Positions 57,362 through 64,000 of a DNA stretch of 64,000 nucleotides are shown here, one piece after another. The stretch comes from Clostridia bacterium (GTDB lineage Bacteria > Bacillota > Clostridia > UMGS1883 > UMGS1540): positions 1 through 64,000 of the forward strand of contig JAZSIR010000022.1 of the NCBI GenBank assembly GCA_045533905.1, given 5' to 3'. Position 1 is the stretch's first letter; each line of letters opens with the position of its first letter. The notes below the pieces were generated by a model. It was not told where the DNA came from. It made no database searches and saw only the letters and a list, made by a program, of their open reading frames with translations. Made by a program: the position numbers and the translations under genes.

Positions 57362-59177
57362 GGCAGACACCTGCTTTCATCGAAGCGGCGCCACAGCCGC
57401 TGCATTTTTCGCGGCAGTTCGGCGTAACAACGCCCTCTGCGGCGCGCTCCCACTCGCGAAGGAGGAAGGATTTCGCCACACCAATATCGACGATATCCCA
57501 AGGAAGCGCCTCGTCCTCACCTCTCGCTCTTGTGTACATTTCCATCGAAATGCCACATTCCGAAAACGCTTTCTCCCAGCGTGCGAAATCAAAATGCTCG
57601 CTCCAGCCGTCAAACCGACAGCCAAGCTCTACCGCACGTTCGAGTACGCGCCCGAGCCGTCTGTCGCCACGGGCAAATACGCCCTCAAGTACGCTGAGCT
57701 TCGATTCGTGATAGTTTATCGTAAGGCGCTTGGAGCGCACGGTGCCGCAAAGAATTTCCTGCTTCTTCCGAAGCTCTTCCACGGTGTTTTGCGCCGCCCA
57801 CTGAAACGGCGTGTGCGGCTTTGGCACAAACGAAGATACGCTCGCCGTTACCTGCACGGGCTTTTCGCCCTTCTCCCGCGGGATTTCAAACGAGGTGTCC
57901 ACCACTTTTTTCGCAAGAAGCGGAATACCGGCCACATCCTCCTCTGTCTCATAGGGAAGGCCGATCATAAAATACAGCTTCAGATTCTTGTAGCCGCCGC
58001 CAAACGCGATGCGGGCAGATTCCAGCACATTTTCTTCCGTGAGGCCTTTATTGATTACATCGCGCATACGCTGCGTGCCGGCTTCGGGCGCGAAGGTAAG
58101 GCCGGTTTTGCGCACCTTCTGGATTCTCTGCATCAGCTCCATCGAGAAGTTGTCCACGCGGAGGGAAGGCAGCGCAAGGCTTATTTTTTTCGCCTCGGTC
58201 ATATCGAGAAGCTTCTCGGTAAAGGGCCCGAGGCACGTATAATCACTTGTGGAAAGCGAAAGGAGAGAAATTTCCTCATACCCCGTATATTCCAGAAGCT
58301 TTTTGGAAAGCTCGAGCAGTCTCTCTGGCGATTTTTCGCGCACAGGGCGGTAAATCATCCCGGCCTGGCAAAATCTGCAGCCGCGGATGCAGCCGCGGAA
58401 CATCTCAAGGGAAACACGGTCGTGCACCACTTCGCCGTAGGGCACAATCTGTGTTTCGGGGTAGAAGCACGCATCCATATCTTTTACAATGCGCTTTTTC
58501 ACTTTTTCGGGGGCTTTGTCGGAAAGGCGGCGAAAGCCTCCGAATTTCTCGCCGTCATAGGAAGGCTCATAAAACGCGGGCACATACACGCCTTCAATCC
58601 CTGCCACGGTTTCAAGGAACGCCGATTTCGGCGCGCCGCTATCCTTCCAAACGCTAAAGGCATCAAGGATTTCCATATTGACCTCTTCGCCCTCGCCGAG
58701 GATGAAAAAGTCGATAAAATCCGCCATCGGCTCGGGATTTAGCGCGCAGGAGCCGCCGGCACAGATAAACGGGAAGTTTTCCGTGCGGTCTTCTCTTCTG
58801 ATCGGGATGCGGGCAAGGCGCAGCATTGCAAGCACATTTGTGTAGGACATTTCATACTGCAGCGAAAAACCGAGCATATCAAAGACGGAAAGCGGGTCGC
58901 GGCTTTCAAGCGCAAAAAGCGGCATATCGTTTTTGGCCATTTCGTCCATCATATCGTCCCACGGCATAAAGGCGCGCTCGCACCACGTATCCTCGCGCGA
59001 ATTTTTCAGATGGTATAAAATCCGAAGGCCGAGGTGGCTCATCCCCACCTCGTAAAGGTCAGGAAAGCACATGGCAAAGCGGATTTTTACCTCCGCCGGA
59101 TTTTTATAAACAGCGCCGTATTCGCCGCCGATATAGCGCACCGGCTTCTGCACGGCGGTCAGCATTTTTTCAAACAT
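57354..59177 (-). CDS. B12-binding radical SAM protein (TIGR03960 type)
   Basis: VQKP.RYIGGE, FPDLYEVGMSHLG, RGCIRGCRFCQAG, TFAPEAG and PKPHTPFQW motifs. Confidence 0.94.
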   Translation of the reverse strand: MFEKMLTAVQKPVRYIGGEYGAVYKNPAEVKIRFAMCFPDLYEVGMSHLGLRILYHLKNSREDTWCERAFMPWDDMMDEMAKNDMPLFALESRDPLSVFDMLGFSLQYEMSYTNVLAMLRLARIPIRREDRTENFPFICAGGSCALNPEPMADFIDFFILGEGEEVNMEILDAFSVWKDSGAPKSAFLETVAGIEGVYVPAFYEPSYDGEKFGGFRRLSDKAPEKVKKRIVKDMDACFYPETQIVPYGEVVHDRVSLEMFRGCIRGCRFCQAGMIYRPVREKSPERLLELSKKLLEYTGYEEISLLSLSTSDYTCLGPFTEKLLDMTEAKKISLALPSLRVDNFSMELMQRIQKVRKTGLTFAPEAGTQRMRDVINKGLTEENVLESARIAFGGGYKNLKLYFMIGLPYETEEDVAGIPLLAKKVVDTSFEIPREKGEKPVQVTASVSSFVPKPHTPFQWAAQNTVEELRKKQEILCGTVRSKRLTINYHESKLSVLEGVFARGDRRLGRVLERAVELGCRFDGWSEHFDFARWEKAFSECGISMEMYTRARGEDEALPWDIVDIGVAKSFLLREWERAAEGVVTPNCREKCSGCGAASMKAGVCHA

Positions 59178-59190
59178 AAGTCGCCCTCGT

Positions 59191-60471
59191 TTACTGATAT
59201 TTATTGCGTCTTCTCATCTCCGCCATCTTGCGGCGGCGGCTTCTCGCGCGGGCACGCCGCAGGCGGCGGGCAAACACGATAAAGAAGAGAAGAATCAGGA
59301 TGCCCCATACCCAGACGGACGAGAAGATCCAACTGAAAAAGCGCGAGATAAGTCCCTGCTTTTCAATTTCTTCGTCTGCAAGAAGGTAGGCCTTGCCTAC
59401 GACGATATCGCCGTAGCGGTATTCAAGCTTACCGATAACATCGCCCACGTGCACGGGAGCCTCAAGGTCTGTTTTGATATATTCGAGCCGCTCCGCACCT
59501 TCCGCGGAAACGCCCGGCGGGAGGCAGATGGAAATATTCTCCGCCGTTCTGCCCGCTACCACCTTTGTGCCCTTTGCGCGCTGTACGGGAATATCCCATA
59601 CAAGCGTGCCGGCCGGCGCCAGAATCTGCGGTGCACATTCCTCGGCACCAAAGCGGAGAAGCGCGCGGCTGTCCACAAACGACATCGTCTGCCCCTCAAT
59701 GCTTTCTGCGCCCATAACAACGCTTATGTAGGTTGCTCCGTCCGTTTCCGCCGCGGCCACGAGGCAGCTCTTGGCTCTGTCGGTGTACCCCGTCTTTACC
59801 CCGATGGCATCGGCATAATAGTAGGGGCTCTGCGGGTTCAGAAGATGGTTCGTGGAATTGCAGTAGCGCACCTCTTCGTACTTATCCGTCGGTTCAAGGA
59901 TGTACTGGCGCGTCTCTATAATATCGCGGAAATGCGGAAGCGAGAGCGCGTGGCGGGTAAGAATTGCGAGGTCGTAGGCTGTGGTGTAATGATTATCGTC
60001 ATGCAGGCCATGTGTATTTACAAAATGCGTGTTCTTTGCGCCGAGCTCGGCGGCGCGGGTGTTCATCTTTTCCACAAACGCGTCAATATCGCCCGCGATA
60101 TGCTCGGCGATGACGTTTGCGGAATCGTTTGCGGAGCAGACAAGGAGCGTGTAGACCATATCCTTTAGGGTAAACGTCTCGCCCTCAAAAAGGCCTGCCT
60201 TACTGCTATCATAGCTTATGGAGTTTACGGCGTCAAAGCTGACCGTAACCATCTCGTCCATATTCCCGTTTTCAAGGGCCAGTATGGCCGTCATAATCTT
60301 TGTGGTGCTGGCGGGATATGCTTTTTGATGCGCATTTCTTTCATAGAGCACAATCCCTGTTTTCGCGTCGATTAAAATCGCCTCGGGCGCGGAGACCGAG
60401 GGCGCAGCCAGACCGACTTGCGCCAAAAGCGGAAGCAGCAACAGAAAAAGCGCTAAAAGCTTTCGTTTCAA
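59191..60471 (-). CDS. D-alanyl-D-alanine carboxypeptidase (peptidase S11)
   Basis: PASTTKIMT SxxK, SAND SxN, KTGYT motifs; C-terminal TM and basic tail. Confidence 0.94.
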   Translation of the reverse strand: MKRKLLALFLLLLPLLAQVGLAAPSVSAPEAILIDAKTGIVLYERNAHQKAYPASTTKIMTAILALENGNMDEMVTVSFDAVNSISYDSSKAGLFEGETFTLKDMVYTLLVCSANDSANVIAEHIAGDIDAFVEKMNTRAAELGAKNTHFVNTHGLHDDNHYTTAYDLAILTRHALSLPHFRDIIETRQYILEPTDKYEEVRYCNSTNHLLNPQSPYYYADAIGVKTGYTDRAKSCLVAAAETDGATYISVVMGAESIEGQTMSFVDSRALLRFGAEECAPQILAPAGTLVWDIPVQRAKGTKVVAGRTAENISICLPPGVSAEGAERLEYIKTDLEAPVHVGDVIGKLEYRYGDIVVGKAYLLADEEIEKQGLISRFFSWIFSSVWVWGILILLFFIVFARRLRRARARSRRRKMAEMRRRNKYQ

Positions 60472-60624
60472 AACAAATCCTCCTTCGTAACACCTTAAAA
60501 TAAAATATTTTAATTTAGGATTGAAATATACCGGATAATGTTATATAATATACCAAATAGAGGCTAAAAGCAAGGCTTTTTTGGAAAAAAGCGTGAAAAC
60601 AGGGCAGGAAAGGAGCCTTTTAGG

Positions 60625-61302
60625 GTGAAAATTTTAATTGTTGACGATGAAAAGCTTTTGGTAAAAGGCATAAAGTTCAATTTTGAGCAGGAAGGCTTTT
60701 TGGTGGAGGCTGCATATGACGGCGAGGAAGCATTAAAGCTTGCGCGCGACAAAAGCATCGACCTTATCATCCTGGATTTAATGCTCCCGAAGGTAGACGG
60801 GCTTTCCGTCTGCCAGAAAATCCGCGAGTTTTCCCGCGTGCCGATTATTATGCTCACGGCCAAAACCGAGGATATGGATAAAATTATGGGCCTTGAGTAC
60901 GGCGCGGATGACTATATGACAAAGCCGTTTAATATCTTAGAGCTGAAGGCGCGCGTAAAAGCCATTTTGCGCCGCGCACAAAAGAGCGACGGCAAGGCCG
61001 CAAAGGATGGCGGCAGAAGTGCCGCGCTTGACTATAACCTCAGAAAAGTACGTATTGGCGACAAGTGGGTAGAGCTTACGGCGAAGGAGTTTGATCTTAT
61101 CGACCTCCTCGTTTCAAACGCCGGCCGCGTCTATTCCCGCGAAAGCCTTCTCGATATTGTGTGGGGGTACGATTATCCCGGGGATATCCGCACGGTGGAC
61201 GTGCACGTGCGGCGTCTGCGCGAGAAAATCGAGCCGAACCCCGCCGAGCCGCAGTTTATTATCACCAAGTGGGGGGTAGGATACTATTTTAGAGAAAGCT
61301 AA
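60625..61302 (+). CDS. OmpR-family response regulator
   Basis: VDDE, LDLMLP, GADDYMTKPF, RTVDVHVRRLREKIE motifs. Confidence 0.96.
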   Translation: MKILIVDDEKLLVKGIKFNFEQEGFLVEAAYDGEEALKLARDKSIDLIILDLMLPKVDGLSVCQKIREFSRVPIIMLTAKTEDMDKIMGLEYGADDYMTKPFNILELKARVKAILRRAQKSDGKAAKDGGRSAALDYNLRKVRIGDKWVELTAKEFDLIDLLVSNAGRVYSRESLLDIVWGYDYPGDIRTVDVHVRRLREKIEPNPAEPQFIITKWGVGYYFRES

Positions 61303-61333
61303 ACACTTCTTTTTCGGCATTCGTCTCCGCCTT

Positions 61334-62713
61334 GTGGCCTCCTACTTTGCCGTAATTGCCCTCTCCCTTACCATTATGATCCTGTTCATTCTGGCATCGG
61401 TGCAGGGGTACAGCATCAAAAACCGCAGTGCGGAAATGCTGGAGGAAGCAAATATTCTGGCCGGTTTTTCGGCCGATTATGTGACGGGCCGTGCGGACAT
61501 TGCCGCGTTTGCGCCCTCCCTGTATATTGAAAACTATGATGCCCGCGTTTTGCTTCTCGACCGTGACGGGCGCATTTTGGCCGACACGGGCGACGCCGCA
61601 CAGCGCGGAAAAATCCTTGCGGCCCCGTGGCTTTTACGCGCGCTTTCGGGCGAGAATGTCACGCGTGAGGTAGAGGAGGGCGGCTTGCACTTTCTCGGTG
61701 CGGGCGTGCCCGTATACAGTGGCACCCGCGTGGTCGGCGCACTTTTACTGAAAGCCTCCACAGAGGATTTATACACCTATTTTGCGCATCTCCGCAGCCG
61801 CCTTATCGGCATTGCCGCGGTGGCGCTTCTCCTTCTGGTTGCGTTCGGTATGCTGATTTCTTCCGTTTTCACCGCGCCCATCTCGCGCCTTACGGTGCAG
61901 ATTAAAGAGATGAGCGAAACGGATGCGCGAAAGCTGACGGAGGAAGGCGGCACCACCGAAATCCGCGAGCTCGTTTCCGCGTTTAACCTTATGGTGGAGC
62001 GGATTGACGATATTGATAGTCGCCGGCAGGAATTCGTTTCGAATGCCTCGCACGAGCTCAAAACCCCGCTTTCGTCCATTAAGCTCATCTGCGACTCGCT
62101 GATCCAGAACCCCGATGCGGACCCCGCGATGGTGCGCGAGTTTTTATCCGATATGAACGGGCAGGTGGACAGACTCACCCGCATTGTCAACAAGCTTTTA
62201 AGCCTTACAAAGCTCGATGCAGACACGGATGAGGCGGAGATTTTCACCTTCTCCACCGTAAACCTCCAGGTGCTTGTGCAGGATGTGGTCCGTGCGCTTT
62301 CGCCCCTTGCAGAAAAGAAAAATATACAGATAGAAACCCACCTTCCCGACAGTATCTTCCACCGCGTGGATGCAGACAAGATGTGGGAGGCGGTTTACAA
62401 TATTCTCGATAACAGCATCAAATATACGCCCGAGGACGGGCGCGTGTATTTGGAAATGTACCGCGATGAAGAGAACGTTTTCATCACCATTGCCGACAGT
62501 GGCATCGGGCTTGCGGAAACGGAGTTTGCCAAGATTTTTGACCGCTTCTACCGCGTAGACAAGGCCCGCGCCAGAGAAACAGGCGGCACAGGCCTCGGCC
62601 TTTCCATTGCGCTCGGCGCGGTGGAGCTGCACGGCGGCTACATTGAAGTGGAAAGCCGTGAGGAGGAAGGCAGTCTTTTCCGCATTATCCTTCCCGTCTC
62701 GCACGATTTGTAA
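61334..62713 (+). CDS. HAMP sensor histidine kinase (true start probably further upstream)
   Basis: SHELKTPL, NILDNSIKYT, FYRVDKAR.R.TGGTGLGL motifs. Confidence 0.94.
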   Translation: MASYFAVIALSLTIMILFILASVQGYSIKNRSAEMLEEANILAGFSADYVTGRADIAAFAPSLYIENYDARVLLLDRDGRILADTGDAAQRGKILAAPWLLRALSGENVTREVEEGGLHFLGAGVPVYSGTRVVGALLLKASTEDLYTYFAHLRSRLIGIAAVALLLLVAFGMLISSVFTAPISRLTVQIKEMSETDARKLTEEGGTTEIRELVSAFNLMVERIDDIDSRRQEFVSNASHELKTPLSSIKLICDSLIQNPDADPAMVREFLSDMNGQVDRLTRIVNKLLSLTKLDADTDEAEIFTFSTVNLQVLVQDVVRALSPLAEKKNIQIETHLPDSIFHRVDADKMWEAVYNILDNSIKYTPEDGRVYLEMYRDEENVFITIADSGIGLAETEFAKIFDRFYRVDKARARETGGTGLGLSIALGAVELHGGYIEVESREEEGSLFRIILPVSHDL

Positions 62714-62725
62714 AGGAGAACGCAT

Positions 62726-63613
62726 ATGAAAAAACTTTTGCTTTTTATACTCGCGCTCTGCTTTCTCACCGGCTGTGCCTCCGGGCCACGCGGCCGTGTC
62801 AGTTTATACTTTGCCGCCGGCGGCGATGAAATCCGTGAAGAATCCCGCACGGTGACGCTCGAAGGGAGCGTTCTGGAAACGGCGATACGGGCGCTTCTGG
62901 AAGGGCCCAAAAAGCCCGGTATGACGCGGGTGATTCCGAAGGGTACAGAGCTTCTCGGCATTACGATGCGCGGCACCGTGGCGGAAATCAACCTTTCCGC
63001 ACCGTTTGATACGGGCACGGATGCGGACCGGCTTCTTGCCCGCTACACAGTAATTTATACGGCCTCGGCCGTGCGCGAGGTGGGTAAGGTCCTCTTGCTT
63101 GTGGACGGGAAACCGCTTTCAAGTCTCCAGACCGGCGAACGCCTCGGCGCACTTGGACGGGAGGATCTTGCGCTTTTCTCGCCCGAAAGCGGCACCGAAG
63201 CCCTTCTGACCTTGTATTTTACAGACGAGACGGCCTCCTTCCTTCTCCCCGAAGCACGGAAGGTTTCTCTTTCGGAGGGACATTCCGCGGCGGAAGCCGT
63301 GGTGACGGAGCTTGTGCGCGGTCCCTCTTCCTCGCATCTGGCACCTACGCTGCCGGAGGAGGTGCGTGTACTCTCGGCAGAAATCCGCGCCGGCGTCTGC
63401 TTTGTAAACCTCTCCCGCGCCTTTTGGGATGTGGCAGAGGAAGCGCCGAAGAAAACAGCGCTCTCGGTCTATTCCATTGTAAATTCTCTCACGGCGCTTC
63501 CCGAAATCAGCGAGGTACATTTCCTCATCGAAGGGAAAACGGCCGGAAAATTCGGACAGTTTGAATTCAGCCGCGGCTTTACGGAAAACAGCGCGTTATA
63601 CCCGCCGGCTTAA
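62726..63613 (+). CDS. GerMN-domain lipoprotein (two GerMN domains)
   Basis: LTGC lipobox; LYF...E.R, L..GP, VNLS..F and YSIVNSLT.LP.I..V.FLIEG motifs occur twice. Confidence 0.9.
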   Translation: MKKLLLFILALCFLTGCASGPRGRVSLYFAAGGDEIREESRTVTLEGSVLETAIRALLEGPKKPGMTRVIPKGTELLGITMRGTVAEINLSAPFDTGTDADRLLARYTVIYTASAVREVGKVLLLVDGKPLSSLQTGERLGALGREDLALFSPESGTEALLTLYFTDETASFLLPEARKVSLSEGHSAAEAVVTELVRGPSSSHLAPTLPEEVRVLSAEIRAGVCFVNLSRAFWDVAEEAPKKTALSVYSIVNSLTALPEISEVHFLIEGKTAGKFGQFEFSRGFTENSALYPPA

Positions 63614-63631
63614 AAAGAAAGGAACCATTGT

Positions 63632-64000
63632 ATGAATCGCACATTTGATGATCTTTGCACGGCCGCCCGCGCCGCATACTCCATAGAGGGCGAGCTCTAT
63701 CCGCGCTATAACGTAAAGCGCGGCCTCCGTAACGCCGATAATACGGGCGTACTCGTCGGTCTTACCAACATCGGCGATGCTCACGGCTATATCGTAAACG
63801 AAGGCGATAAGATTCCGGACAGGGGCATCCTCCGCTACCGCGGCATTGATGTTTTTGATATCGTCCGCGCCTGCCGCGAGGAGGACAGACACGGCTTTGA
63901 GGAAATTACATACCTTCTTCTCTTCGGCGTACTGCCGACAAAGGAGGAGCTTGCGCACTTCACGAGCTACCTCGGTGCGCACCGCACACTGCCCGAGGGC
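63632..64000 (+). CDS. gltA: Citrate synthase, 5' part (runs off the window)
   Basis: VKRGLRNADNTGVLVGLT.IG..HGY...G.LRYRG...FEEITYLLLFG.LP; AAAGGA RBS. Confidence 0.88.
   Translation, partial: MNRTFDDLCTAARAAYSIEGELYPRYNVKRGLRNADNTGVLVGLTNIGDAHGYIVNEGDKIPDRGILRYRGIDVFDIVRACREEDRHGFEEITYLLLFGVLPTKEELAHFTSYLGAHRTLPEG

Noticed and set aside
1-64000. tRNA or rRNA genes
   Set aside because: No cloverleaf or rRNA signature noticed in the intergenic regions by eye; a tRNAscan-SE/Infernal run would be needed to exclude them formally.

Overview
Chromosomal segment of a moderately GC-rich Clostridia-type (Bacillota) bacterium, mostly core genes. It opens with the right end of an IS3-family element and a short AT-rich accessory block. 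Then follow: rhamnose catabolism genes (rhaB, rhaA); two OmpR-type two-component systems (one with htrA, one with a GerMN lipoprotein); nnr-ndoAI-ndoA(mazF); iscS-iscU; sstT; mutS2; coaX; a complete 8-gene shikimate/Phe/Tyr operon; the SCIFF ranthipeptide pair; an FMN riboswitch with ribU; mbl; TIGR03960/TIGR03936-type genes; a DD-carboxypeptidase; and the start of citrate synthase. Four things stand out. (1) Only the 3' part of the forespore sigma factor gene sigG is present. It has an intact frame, is cut in region 2 and sits behind a near-consensus sigmaA promoter and an orphan RBS, which suggests a split gene rejoined by recombination. (2) An unannotated 27-codon Phe/Tyr-rich leader peptide (YFFYFYF) with mutually exclusive antiterminator and terminator precedes the aro operon, i.e. 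ribosome-mediated attenuation where a T-box would be expected. (3) A strongly codon-biased two-gene surface operon pairs an X-dockerin protein with a cohesin-Ig-SLH anchor and has no catalytic modules, possibly a two-subunit S-layer. (4) A family of modular MITE-like repeats lies between convergent genes. All calls come from reading the sequence by eye; no database searches were run.
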